In this document: positions 28,675 through 38,900 of the stretch, piece after piece
Position numbering within the stretch: the stretch's first letter is position 1
Layout of the letters: every line of letters begins with the position of its first letter
DNA from: a virus
Lineage: Duplodnaviria > Heunggongvirae > Uroviricota > Caudoviricetes
Direction: 5' to 3' (one strand)
Length of the DNA: 64,000 bases
Virus record (IMG/VR): IMGVR_UViG_3300037225_000328
Span: 45,793 to 109,792 of that record
Made by a program: the position numbers and the translations under genes
The notes under the pieces: generated by a model
The model's input: only the letters and a program-made list of their open reading frames with translations
The model's database searches: none
Told to the model about the DNA's origin: nothing

Positions 28675-29626
28675 TTAATGACTCTTGTATTGGTAGTTGT
28701 TGAATTAATTCATCATCCTGGCGATCCCGGCGGTCAGCCGTCCGATTTGCTATTTTAACTTGTTGTTCTTGAAATTTATCCTGGGCTCGTTTTATCTGAG
28801 CCACCATGCTATCAGGATCTAAGTGCAAAACCCATGCCAAAGCTAGGTTCCAGGCATCTAATGGTTTAGTTATATTATTTTTTACTAACAAAACTGGACC
28901 TAATAACTGATGTTTATGTTCTGCAACAATAACTCTATAAAACTGAAGATAGGGGTGTGGTTCAAAATGTGTTTTATAGAAATTACCAACCCGTTCTTCT
29001 ACGCGCTTACTCTTATACCCCCGCAACTGTTCACTACAAAAACGAGAAAATTCATTTGCTGGTTTTACAATTGCATCTTCCTCTAAATCGACTTGCATCC
29101 ATTTAGGAAGTTTAGCTAACATATAAGCAGAAGTAATAGGAATCTCGCCTCTATCGACCCTCTTTCCAATCTCAGAAATAAGATTTAACAATCCTAACAT
29201 TTTCTTAATCCAAGCTGGAGACTTACGTATATCTTTAGATAAACCAGCAAATGTCATTTTTGGATCCGCCATGAAAATTCGTTTCATTTGATTTGCAAAT
29301 GAAACGGGCTTTGTCATCTGTTTTATTGCATTTGCTTGTAATTGTATTCTAAGAACTTCGGCATCATCTGCTTCAACTATAATTGCAGGAATAAATTCAA
29401 GTTCTAAGTCTTTATAACATAACCAACGTTTCATTCCATCAACAATCTCATAACGATCTTCTTGGCGATTTGATGGTCTAACACAAATTGAATTGATTAA
29501 ACCAAAATCCTTAATCGAATCCCTAAGCTCCAAATAAGCAAGTGACTTTTTGTTTACCAACCGCATAAGTAAATATGGTTGAAAAATAATTTTCACTGGG
29601 ATCAATTCAACTCGTTCATTTGGCAT
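28661..29626 (-). CDS. ParB-like nuclease/partition-domain protein
   Basis: N-terminal ParB-like block (SICVRPSNRQEDRYEIVDGMKRW). Promoter and SD (ctcct at 29635-29639) lie immediately upstream. Confidence 0.5.
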   Translation of the reverse strand: MPNERVELIPVKIIFQPYLLMRLVNKKSLAYLELRDSIKDFGLINSICVRPSNRQEDRYEIVDGMKRWLCYKDLELEFIPAIIVEADDAEVLRIQLQANAIKQMTKPVSFANQMKRIFMADPKMTFAGLSKDIRKSPAWIKKMLGLLNLISEIGKRVDRGEIPITSAYMLAKLPKWMQVDLEEDAIVKPANEFSRFCSEQLRGYKSKRVEERVGNFYKTHFEPHPYLQFYRVIVAEHKHQLLGPVLLVKNNITKPLDAWNLALAWVLHLDPDSMVAQIKRAQDKFQEQQVKIANRTADRRDRQDDELIQQLPIQESLNEES

Positions 29627-29640
29627 ACAATTTTCTCCTA

Positions 29641-30069
29641 TACTACTTATGATACCATTTTGCCTCTCTTTACCAATAGAATCTAAAAATTTTTTGAGAA
29701 TCTTTTTGATTACATCTTATAGGGTATTTACTCTTCCCTAATAAGTCATATTATTTTTTACTTAATCTTTCAACAGTTAAGTCACAACTTGTTTTTATAA
29801 AAGAGAGTTATGTCATTAGAAGCCGAATTAACTATCTCTCAGACTACAACCAGTAGAAATAAAAATCAAATAAAGTTATATTATATATAGGAGATAATAC
29901 AGAAAATAGTTATTTTTCAAAATAATGCTATAACTTGATTCTATAACTAGATTTAGAATCCGCCTGTTGAATAATGAAGTAAATACCCTATAAGATGTAG
30001 TCAAAAAGATTCTCAAAAAAATCCAAGAATTCATTGGTACCAACCTATGAAATGGTATCATAAGTAGTA
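29641..30069. promoter_or_regulatory. symmetric inverted-repeat region with divergent promoters (candidate ori or centromere-like site)
   Basis: Perfect 20-bp inverted repeat tactacttatgataccattt (29641-29660) and aaatggtatcataagtagta (30050-30069). The arms extend to about 90 bp and include a 41-bp block with one mismatch. Each arm carries an outward-facing TTGGTA-N16-TGgTATCAT promoter. The central roughly 250 bp are very AT-rich. Confidence 0.55.
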
Positions 30070-30105
30070 TAGACCAAGAACCTGATATTGTAGCCGAGAA
30101 GTAAT

Positions 30106-32835
30106 ATGCCCAAAGTATCTGATGCAATAAAAACGTTTCTATCTCGTATCCATCATAATTGTCCAGAGATGGCGGCTTGGTACACTGATGGTATGGAGGT
30201 TCAGATAATGGCTGCCGCTGATAAAGGTGAGCCGGTAGCAGGTAAACGTAATACATGGAGTGATGGTATTACCGAATGGGGACATATTCGATTACCAAAA
30301 AATGCCGATACTGAACCTGTGGACAATGACTATGAGATGCGATGGCCTCTTCATGAGCATGTTGACTATATCGGTATGACGGGTTGGTGTTATAAAAATA
30401 AACGTTCGATTCGAGTAGGTTTCGATTTTGATTCAATTATGGGGCACGCTAATGGAGTTGGTGTCACCGATGATGAACTTTTAAGAGTTAGAGCCGCCGT
30501 TGAAAAAATACCCCAAGCGTGGTTATTTTACAGCACGGGTGGGTCGGGTCTTCACTTATATCTACCCTTCGATCCTGATAACGCCCCTGAAACAGTAAAC
30601 CACCATGAACATGCGGCACTTGCAAGATCCTGTTTAGGAGTTCTTTCTAACCTTGTAAACTATCCATTTGAAGCTGCTTTGGATGTTTGTGGTGGAAATA
30701 TGTGGATTTGGGGTCGTAAGATGACAAGTGATAATCACGGATTATCACTTATCAAGAAAGGCGAAGGATTCTTTGAACCGCCGCTTCATTGGCGAGATCA
30801 TATTTCTGTTGTTACTCGCAAACGAACAAAGATTCAAATTCACGGTGTGCCTGATGGTGAAGAAACAGATGTTGAAAATATGGCTGCCAGTCGTCGGTTG
30901 ATTCCTTTAGATGCAACACACCGTAAAATTATTGAAGAACTTCAAACACTTAATTATTCAACTTACTGGGTTGATGATCACAATATGCTTCAAACCCATA
31001 CTTGTGCTTTAAAAGAAGTGTTTAAAAGATTTGCAGAGCGTGGTGATCCATTACACGGTCAATATGACACATTGAGTGATGGCACGGACCCTGGAAAGCC
31101 AAATTGTTTTGCCTTTGCCTGCCTTGATGGTGTTTTTAAAGTTATTAGGTATGGAGAAAATAAATCTACGGAGCATGTCACATGGAGTAAAGACAATAAA
31201 GGAAGGGCATATTGTTATTTCAATCAAAAATTAGATTTAAACATTGCTGCCACGATTTTTGGTGGAATGGAAAATGCCTCCCGGGGTGGAGGCTATACTT
31301 TTCCAACAGCAGAAGAAGCTTTGGGAGCTATCAAGTCTCTCGGTTCATCATTTGATATACCCGCACAATTGGTGGGAAAACCCACAACGTTAAGAACACA
31401 TAAGGATGGTCGAGTAGTTGTTGAAATCAAAGCTAAAACAGATGATCCTGTCCCAGGTTTTATTCAAGAACGTGGTAAATTTGTAAAGCTTTTGAATGTC
31501 CAAGCAAGGCCAACTGCCGAAGATGATGAAAAAGTTGAAAAATTTGATTTGGAAACTTTAGATCAAATGGTTAGGGCACTTCTGACTGTAAATTTGGATG
31601 AGGCCGGTTGGGCTTTATACGACTCTGAATTTAATCATTGGACAAGACAAACAAAAGATAATATTCGATCGGCGCTTAAAGCTAAAAACTTTGACTCTGA
31701 CGCTACGGAAAAGATTATGGGGCACTCGGTAATGAAAGCTTGGTCCTTAGTAAATATACCATTTGCTGATGAACAACCTGGTAATCGACAGTGGAATATT
31801 AATGCGGCTCAGTTTCGTTTTGCTCCGACACCATATCCTGATGATATGACATCAATGCACCCCCACTGGGATTTAATTTTAGAACATTGTGGTGAAGATT
31901 TAACGCAAGCATTAAAACATAGTGAGTGGGCGCGTAAGAATAGTGTCTCAACTGGAAAAGATTATCTACTATATTGGATTGCTTCAATGTTTCGCAATCC
32001 CTTTGATCGACTGCCCTACCTATTCTTTTTTGGTCCACAGAATTCAGGAAAATCAATATTTCATGAAGCAATAGCACTTCTTGTAAAAGATGAAGTAGGT
32101 GTACAACCAGCCGATCAAGCTTTGACAAATCCTAATGGATTCAACGGTGAACTAGCAAACACCTTCTTATGTGTTGTTGAAGAAACAAACTTATCGAAAG
32201 AAAAATCGGCAGCATATAATAGAATCAAAGAGTGGACAATGGCTTTAATGATGTCTATTCATCCAAAGCGAATGCAAGTTTACAAACAACGAAATACAAC
32301 TCACTGGATTCAGTGTGCAAATGAAAGAACATACTGTCCTATTTTTCCAGGGGATACTCGTATAACAATGTCTTATGTGGGACCACTTGAAAGAGAAATT
32401 CCAAAGGATCAATTGATTAAGTTATTGGAGGCTGAAGCACCATATTTCATGGCGACTATATTATCTATTAAGTTGCCAGAAGCAGATGGTCGAGCAAAAA
32501 TCCCGGCTTTAATGACGGGCAGCAAAGAACAAGCGGCGTCTGCAAATCGAAATCCTTTGGAAGCATATTTAGAAGATATATGCCACCACTCACCCGGTTC
32601 CTTTATGTCTTTCAATGAGTTTATTGAACATTTTATGGATTCATTGCCATCAGTAGATCGGCCTCAATGGAATGAGCGGCGTATTCTTCAAGAATTACCA
32701 AATCAATACCCATCTGGACATTATAAAAAAGATAATAAGATTTATATCGGTAATGTATCTTTTACAAAACCCGAAGATTCACTAACACATAAGTTTATTT
32801 TTGAAAATGGACAATTGGAAAGGGTGCTATTGTGA
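30106..32835 (+). CDS. D5-like primase-helicase (prim-pol N-terminus plus SF3/P-loop NTPase C-terminus)
   Basis: Walker A FFFGPQNSGKS; Walker B FLCVVEE. The large N-terminal domain is typical of phage/plasmid primase-helicases. Confidence 0.6.
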   Translation: MPKVSDAIKTFLSRIHHNCPEMAAWYTDGMEVQIMAAADKGEPVAGKRNTWSDGITEWGHIRLPKNADTEPVDNDYEMRWPLHEHVDYIGMTGWCYKNKRSIRVGFDFDSIMGHANGVGVTDDELLRVRAAVEKIPQAWLFYSTGGSGLHLYLPFDPDNAPETVNHHEHAALARSCLGVLSNLVNYPFEAALDVCGGNMWIWGRKMTSDNHGLSLIKKGEGFFEPPLHWRDHISVVTRKRTKIQIHGVPDGEETDVENMAASRRLIPLDATHRKIIEELQTLNYSTYWVDDHNMLQTHTCALKEVFKRFAERGDPLHGQYDTLSDGTDPGKPNCFAFACLDGVFKVIRYGENKSTEHVTWSKDNKGRAYCYFNQKLDLNIAATIFGGMENASRGGGYTFPTAEEALGAIKSLGSSFDIPAQLVGKPTTLRTHKDGRVVVEIKAKTDDPVPGFIQERGKFVKLLNVQARPTAEDDEKVEKFDLETLDQMVRALLTVNLDEAGWALYDSEFNHWTRQTKDNIRSALKAKNFDSDATEKIMGHSVMKAWSLVNIPFADEQPGNRQWNINAAQFRFAPTPYPDDMTSMHPHWDLILEHCGEDLTQALKHSEWARKNSVSTGKDYLLYWIASMFRNPFDRLPYLFFFGPQNSGKSIFHEAIALLVKDEVGVQPADQALTNPNGFNGELANTFLCVVEETNLSKEKSAAYNRIKEWTMALMMSIHPKRMQVYKQRNTTHWIQCANERTYCPIFPGDTRITMSYVGPLEREIPKDQLIKLLEAEAPYFMATILSIKLPEADGRAKIPALMTGSKEQAASANRNPLEAYLEDICHHSPGSFMSFNEFIEHFMDSLPSVDRPQWNERRILQELPNQYPSGHYKKDNKIYIGNVSFTKPEDSLTHKFIFENGQLERVLL

Positions 32836-32989
32836 ATTACCGAATAGGAATTTATAGAACCACAGTCCGACACGGCTCCGTAATTGAAACTAAGCAAATT
32901 GCCGAGGTAGATTGTTTTGAATATCCCGGTGATTTACAGGAAATTGCAGAGCAATATGACGGTGATTTTGCAATAGTTGAAACTGAGGA

Positions 32990-33388
32990 TTGTATCGAGG
33001 AGTTAGTATGAATGAATTTCAAATGGCCGATAGTGGAGCACATCAATCCTTTGGTGAAGGACGAGCAATTCGAGATACCCCAACGAATAAACCTCGACCT
33101 GACCTGATCTCGCCGTTCGCTGAAGAGCGCCAAGGACACTGGCTCCGCATGGGCGCAGCAAAGTACGCCGAAAGGAACTGGGAGAAGGGGATGCCGTTCT
33201 CCCGTTGCGTGGCCTCCCTCAAGCGGCACGTCATGCGTTACCAGCAGGGGATGCGCGACGAGGACCATTTGGCCGCCATCATGTTCAACGCGATGGCCCT
33301 AATCCACTATGAGGAGATGATCGAACGGGGCGTGCTGCCAGCGGAACTCAACGATATGCCGACTTATCAATTATCGGAGAAATCCTAA
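32990..33388 (+). CDS. MazG-like dATP/dGTP pyrophosphohydrolase domain protein
   Basis: GAAKYAERNWEKG...LKRHVMRYQQG.RDEDHLAAIMFNAMAL fits the phage dNTP-PPase (MazG-like all-alpha) pattern. The 3' half is markedly GC-rich. Confidence 0.45.
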   Translation: MYRGVSMNEFQMADSGAHQSFGEGRAIRDTPTNKPRPDLISPFAEERQGHWLRMGAAKYAERNWEKGMPFSRCVASLKRHVMRYQQGMRDEDHLAAIMFNAMALIHYEEMIERGVLPAELNDMPTYQLSEKS

Positions 33389-33606
33389 TGGATTCAAAGC
33401 TTGCTAGACAGTTTATTGCTGGAAGTTTTGCGGATTTTTTAATCTTTCTTGCTGCACTTCCGGATCCAATTATTGTTGGAGGAACTTATCCGAGAAATAA
33501 GTTAATGCAGGCATTTCAAAGTTGGACTGAAATTAGAGATTTTAATACAAATAATGCCGATCTCTCAGCATGGAGAACAGCTTGCAGCCAGGGTGTGTTA
33601 AAATGA
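33388..33606 (+). CDS. hypothetical protein
   Basis: 72-aa ORF; ATGA overlap with the upstream gene. Confidence 0.35.
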   Translation: MDSKLARQFIAGSFADFLIFLAALPDPIIVGGTYPRNKLMQAFQSWTEIRDFNTNNADLSAWRTACSQGVLK

Positions 33607-34082
33607 AACAAATTCCACTCACACAAGGCAAGCTTACTTTAGTAGATGATCAAGATTATGATTTCTTGATGCAATGGAAATGGCATATTCAAAAAAGTCA
33701 CAAAACAATTTATGCGATACGAACTGATAATTTCAATCACACAACAATTCGGATGCATCGTATTATTGCAAAAAGAATGAGATTAGAAGGACATATAGAT
33801 CATAAAGATCAAAATGGATTAAATAATCAACGGGATAATTTGCGATTTGCGACAAACTCTCAACAAGGTGCAAACCAAAAGAAGCATAACAATAATACAT
33901 CAGGGTATAAGGGTGTCTATTGGAGAAAAGATAATCATAAATGGAGGGTAGAAATTAATGTCAATGGAAAAAGAATAAATTTAGGTTGTTTTGAAAATTC
34001 TAAAGATGCAGCAAGAGCTTATAATGAAGCAGCTATAAAATATCATGGTGAGTTTGCTGTTTTAAATGAGGTAATATTATGA
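33570..34082 (+). CDS. HNH-AP2 homing endonuclease-like protein (copy 3)
   Basis: IPLTQGKLTLVDDQDYDFLMQWKWH...IDHKDQNGLNNQRDNLRFATNSQ...AP2 domain. ATGA overlap with the DnaQ start. Confidence 0.7.
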   Translation: MENSLQPGCVKMKQIPLTQGKLTLVDDQDYDFLMQWKWHIQKSHKTIYAIRTDNFNHTTIRMHRIIAKRMRLEGHIDHKDQNGLNNQRDNLRFATNSQQGANQKKHNNNTSGYKGVYWRKDNHKWRVEINVNGKRINLGCFENSKDAARAYNEAAIKYHGEFAVLNEVIL

Positions 34083-34696
34083 CAACTCCCTACCCAAGTT
34101 TAACGTTGCAAGGTAATTTGATGGTCGCCATCGATGTTGAAACAACCGGAAGATTAGCCGGCCACCATGAAATTGTACAAATCGCGGCGCAACCACTTAA
34201 TACACAACTAGAACCTTTAGAAGGGGTTCTACCATTTTATATGAATATCCAACCTGAATATATTAATAGAATAGAACCTGACTCAATGCGTGTTCATGGT
34301 TTATCACTATCGAATCTTAAAGAGACAGGTTTGGAGAAATGGAAAGTTGCCGATTTATTTGATGAGTGGTTTCAACGGTTAGATTTACCACATCGGAAAT
34401 CTTTGATTCCATTGGCTCATAATTGGGCATTTGAAGCTGGGTTTCTAAAACACTGGTTAGGTTTAGAATCCTTCAGCCAATTTTTTCACCCCCACCCGCG
34501 AGATACAATGTTACTCGCTCTCAGCATCCAAGATCGGGCTGTCTTCCGGGGTGAGAATCTCCCCTTCAAGTCCTTTGGGTTGGGTGCTCTCTGCAAGTGG
34601 TTCGACATCCCTCTCGACGACCACCACGACGCTCTCGCTGACGCTCTCGCTGTTGCTAGGCTCTATAAAGGGCTCCTCTTGCTGGAGTTGATTTAA
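34079..34696 (+). CDS. DnaQ-like DEDDh 3'-5' exonuclease
   Basis: Exo I VAIDVETTG; Exo II HNWAFEAGFL; Exo III HHDALADALAVARLY. Confidence 0.65.
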   Translation: MTTPYPSLTLQGNLMVAIDVETTGRLAGHHEIVQIAAQPLNTQLEPLEGVLPFYMNIQPEYINRIEPDSMRVHGLSLSNLKETGLEKWKVADLFDEWFQRLDLPHRKSLIPLAHNWAFEAGFLKHWLGLESFSQFFHPHPRDTMLLALSIQDRAVFRGENLPFKSFGLGALCKWFDIPLDDHHDALADALAVARLYKGLLLLELI

Positions 34697-34996
34697 TAAT
34701 TGGCAATTCTGGCATGTTGATAAGTTTAAACGAGTATCTTTAAGTTTTGGATGTGTACATACCATCACTATTCGTACACAGCGACAACCTTCATCTCGCT
34801 GAACTAATGTACGATTTCTATAAGGGCAATCTTGCCACAGTGGTATAAATATCCAAGCATCAATTGTGCGTGGATTAGTGCCACGTCGTCGATACCCCTC
34901 CATATCTGGAGGCGGTTCACCGTGTCCCTTCATTGGGTAATAAGCAATACCATCTTGAAAGAATCTTGGCATATCATAAATTTTTGTGCGAGCCAT
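34511..34996 (-). CDS. Cys-rich protein, paralog of 20220..20474, with an acidic C-terminal tail
   Basis: Shared block EPPPDMEGYRRRGTNP...LWQDC...CRCVRIVMVC...CQNCQ. The last roughly 60 codons overlap the DnaQ 3' end on the opposite strand, so the extension may be spurious. Confidence 0.4.
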   Translation of the reverse strand: MARTKIYDMPRFFQDGIAYYPMKGHGEPPPDMEGYRRRGTNPRTIDAWIFIPLWQDCPYRNRTLVQRDEGCRCVRIVMVCTHPKLKDTRLNLSTCQNCQLLNQLQQEEPFIEPSNSESVSESVVVVVERDVEPLAESTQPKGLEGEILTPEDSPILDAESE

Positions 34997-35010
34997 TAAA
35001 TTTCTCCTAA

Positions 35011-35592
35011 TTAGCAGGGTCCATTAAAGTGAGTTACACTTTGTCCGGCATTCATTTTTTCATAGCCAAGTATCTTTAATGTTGTTACTGGGGCTATTTC
35101 TGTTAATCGAACACGGTGTATATAAATTCCAAATTGGCGTAATTGTTTTCTGCACGCATGGGTTAATTCATGGGCCACTTGACCAGTTATTTCTTTGCAA
35201 AGAGAATCATATTCCCAATGAGTAATTGTATCAACTACAACTGCCATCGAGATATCATTAACTGTGGTATCAACATCCCAATTATTTTTACCAATTGCCT
35301 GCATCACATTCTGTATTGAAAATACAATCAAAGCACCTACGGCAATTTGTTTCCCATCTTGGGTAACGAGGGATTGAGTTGGCAAGTGGTGGGTTTGTCT
35401 AGCTACAACAATAGTTTCCCAATCCGTGGTAAGTGGCCAAACCCAATGCCAACCAGGTTTCATTTCCTTTGCCCATTTTCCAAATCGCCACTTAACCCCG
35501 CCGTGTGTTAGACGAACAATAACAGGACGAGGAACAAATTTTAAAACTGCCTGAACAATATCATTTAGCCAAGAGAAATCCATATTATTCAT
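35011..35592 (-). CDS. SPFH/band-7 (stomatin/prohibitin/HflKC-like) domain protein
   Basis: VIVRLTHGGVKWRFGKWAKEMKPGWHWVWPLTTDWETIVVARQTHHLPTQSLVTQDGKQIAVGALIVFSIQNVMQAI fits the SPFH core pattern. Confidence 0.45.
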   Translation of the reverse strand: MNNMDFSWLNDIVQAVLKFVPRPVIVRLTHGGVKWRFGKWAKEMKPGWHWVWPLTTDWETIVVARQTHHLPTQSLVTQDGKQIAVGALIVFSIQNVMQAIGKNNWDVDTTVNDISMAVVVDTITHWEYDSLCKEITGQVAHELTHACRKQLRQFGIYIHRVRLTEIAPVTTLKILGYEKMNAGQSVTHFNGPC

Positions 35593-35980
35593 GTACCTGT
35601 TGAGTTAGAAAATCATCACCAATACCTTCATCATTAATATCAAGTTTACCTTGATTTTTTAACCAGTTTGCAGCATTGCAACATACATCAATGTGAGTTC
35701 CATCGTTTTGAATGTATACCCGGCAACTATTTTTAAAAGTAGGATTAAAACCATGACACTCCCGGCAACAGCAAGCTTGTTTCCAATCTTTTAATTGCCA
35801 ACATTTCTTAAAAATTTGTACATAAACTCGGCGACATTTTAAACATACTTTCCACCAGCTAGGCAATTCAACTGAATGAAATGGTTGATGACATAGCCGG
35901 CATTCTGTAGGCAATGTTACGCACCAAATTCGTGTAAAATTTGAATATTCAGCAGGAAGTTTTGTATAAGTATATCTCAT
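35585..35980 (-). CDS. Cys-rich zinc-binding protein (131 aa from ATG 35980)
   Basis: CRLCH...H, CLKC, CCCRECHG, CC clusters. The ATG lies 1 nt after the tail-fibre stop. The track's N-terminal extension overlaps the fibre gene in another frame and is rejected. Confidence 0.45.
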   Translation of the reverse strand: MRYTYTKLPAEYSNFTRIWCVTLPTECRLCHQPFHSVELPSWWKVCLKCRRVYVQIFKKCWQLKDWKQACCCRECHGFNPTFKNSCRVYIQNDGTHIDVCCNAANWLKNQGKLDINDEGIGDDFLTQQVHE

Positions 35981-35981
35981 A

Positions 35982-38900
35982 TTATGGCCCCGCTCCACTA
36001 GAACCACTAGGCCCACCGCCACCGCCGCCACCACTATTATCTGGTTGCAAGAAAGCAGTACCAGCTCCAAATTGTTGGCCTTCTTCATCATATCTGAAAT
36101 CAAAGTTAGTAGGTGTATTTGTATCGTCATCCCAATATGCTAATGTGTCACCTAACAAGTAATTTGTATCAGGGTCAATCTTCTTAAAGAATGTATCTAA
36201 TGTTGAAAGTGCTTGCGTGTTGGGATCATAGACATCAGTATTATGTAAATCTATATAATCATTAAAAACCCCAGCCGGAATTGGCGCTAGATCAAGTTTA
36301 TCAAATGGACTTAACATAATGGTTTCAGGATCAATGTGAGGCAGTGACGCATTAAATTTTGGTCGTCCTACAGGCGAATAAAATGGATTTGAAATCATTA
36401 CAGCTTTCGGGACAAACCCAACATCTGTAGGATTTCGATCACCATAGTCCGCGTGAGGTCCAAATCCAATATTTGTGCCACCAATAAAAATTACCCCCGG
36501 CGTTGTTGGAACATAGCCAACAGGTAAAATTCCAACTGCAAATGTCTCAAACCCAGCGCCACCAGCATACCCTTCTGCAATTTCTTGAGCAGTTGGAAAT
36601 TTTGTACCGGGTGGCAAAGATGCTGGCCAGAAAAAGGGATAAGGTGTCATTGTACCACTTTTAAGCGGCGTTAAACACTCAAAATCAATGGTATATTTAT
36701 CAGAGTTATATTGAGCCGACATTACAATAGCTTTTACGGGGTCATTGGAGACATATTTCTTGTCTCCAAAGTTTAAAAGCACTGTATCAAAAGTTTCTAT
36801 ATTAAGCTTTTGTAAAAACGTGCTAAACTTAACTCGCTTCCAGGTATTGGATTTTCTAATCATCCAAAATGTTGCTACTTTGTAAACTATATCTGGTTGA
36901 TTATAGATATACATATCATATGACTCTTCAAATAGTCCATATTTTTTAACATTGTGTCGAAGAATGATATGATTTTCACTGTCTTCATCCCACGTCATAT
37001 GCCAGTTTACAGTATCTTTAGTTACAATATCTTCGGTAGACGCACTAGTTGATGTTGACGCTGTTGTTAAATCAACTTCTATCCCTGTTTCAAAGTCAAT
37101 ATCATTTAAAGTAATAATACTATCAACGGTAGGTTCTTCCGCAATATATTTAATAAAGAATACTCGATCTTTAAGATACAAGGCGCATCTTGCTTGAAAT
37201 GCAATTTCATTTAAAACTTGAATGATATTTTTTCGATCCAAGATAGGAAAGTTTGCGGGGAAGTTTGCAAGTTTAGTTTTAACAACATTAAAACTTGCGG
37301 TATCCCATCTTAAGGAGGTATATTGTTGAATTAAATAAATCAAAATATCAACAATATTCGGACCTACAGACGAGTGAAAAGTAACATATAGAGTATCTTC
37401 CCACCCTTCGGAAGTATCTGCTTCAAGATCCGCAGTGGGTGTTAAAGCTTGGGCTTGGGCTAGTTGGTCAGTTAAATTATTATTTAGTGTTATAGTGCCA
37501 TCTGAGTTTATAATATATGTTGGAAAATCAACATAGCTACTTAAAGGTCTAGTAAGAATAATTTGAACGGCTGTTACTGGATATCGACTGTTGGGGTTTA
37601 CTGCCCCATAATTAACTGTTTTCACAGTATAATAGTTTGTTGGTAATGCTGTTAAAACCCGGGCCTGTCCGGGAGGTTGTTTATACGCCTTTACTGATAA
37701 TATTGTTCCAGGAACGATACTAGCAATATAAGTAAGACTTTCATCGCTGGCAATAGTAACATTAGTCCCCGGGTCTGCCCAAAAACTTTGAGGCGTATAA
37801 CTACTACTTGTATCTGGGTGTCCCCCACCGCTATGATTTTTATGGGCTTTGTCTTTTTGAGCTGAAGGTAATATTCCATCAGCAACAATAGTCCCCATAA
37901 CAAGTTTTCGGTTATCAACTATACTCCCGCCACCTCCACCTCCGCTACCACTGCTTCCACCACCGCCACCTCCACCTCCGCTACCACTGCTTCCACCACC
38001 GCCGCCACTTATTATAACCACGGCCCCCTGCATAACTGGTATTTGCATTTCAAAGTGAAAATGAATGCCAGCCCCCGGATCTGAAAAAGGTGTTGGAATT
38101 AATTGTCCACCAATTTGGACATAACTATCTTCTGGTGCATCATCGGCAACAATGCTGTCTTCTGTTGGACAACCAGGACTAAAACTACTACCGGCATCCT
38201 CATTAGCCTTATCCTGATTATCTGGATGATATCGGCTTGTAATTGTAAATAAAGCAGTGCCGGTGGGGTCTGTTCCAGTAGCCCCGCTAAAAGATCCGGT
38301 GAATAATCCTCCGCCAATATTTAAAGTTAAGGTAACATTTTGAGGAAAATCCTCACCCCCAATAATTTGAACAACGTCGGGGCCAGAACCTTTGGATGCT
38401 TCAGATTTAGATTTCGCAGCATGGCTAGTTGCTCGACAGGAGGCTCGCGCCTGGGCTTGTTGTTGCTGTTTCCGGCGGTCATCTTGTTGAGTAGCCCATT
38501 TATCATATTGATCTTGAATTTGCTGTTCGACTTTTGAAATTTGGTCATCAATTTCACTAGCTTTTTTTGTATACTGGTCAGCAGTCTTGGGAATTCTACT
38601 GGATAAGAAATCGGCCGCAACAGAATACGCGTCAGCACATTGTTTAAGAAAATCTAATTGAATCTCAGCCACACGAGTATCAGGTTCATCGGTTTCTGCT
38701 GTATCAGTATCAACTTGTTGATTATTTGCGGCCCATGTACCAATATTATTTGTGCCACTAACAATTCCAACCCCAGTCGTAAGAACACCTTTTATTGCTT
38801 TAGTAATTTGTAATGCGGGATAATCTAAAACGGTCCCAAAAGCCATCGGCCAGGGGCTACCTACTAAATCAGCCGGCACCCAAGGAAATTCACCTTCTTC

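Noticed and set aside
29876-30256. 126-aa minus-strand ORF inside the AT-rich inverted-repeat region
   Set aside because: Low-complexity Tyr/Ile/Leu-rich translation of AT-rich intergenic DNA. It overlaps the primase start and the promoter arms, so it is most likely spurious.
35011-35592. HELTH (HExxH) motif suggesting a metallopeptidase
   Set aside because: The rest of the protein matches the SPFH/band-7 pattern. An isolated HExxH in a helix is common by chance.
35585-36130. 181-aa form of the Cys-rich ORF
   Set aside because: The first 50 codons overlap the tail-fibre C-terminus in another frame and start at a non-ATG codon. The ATG at 35980 right after the fibre stop is the plausible start.
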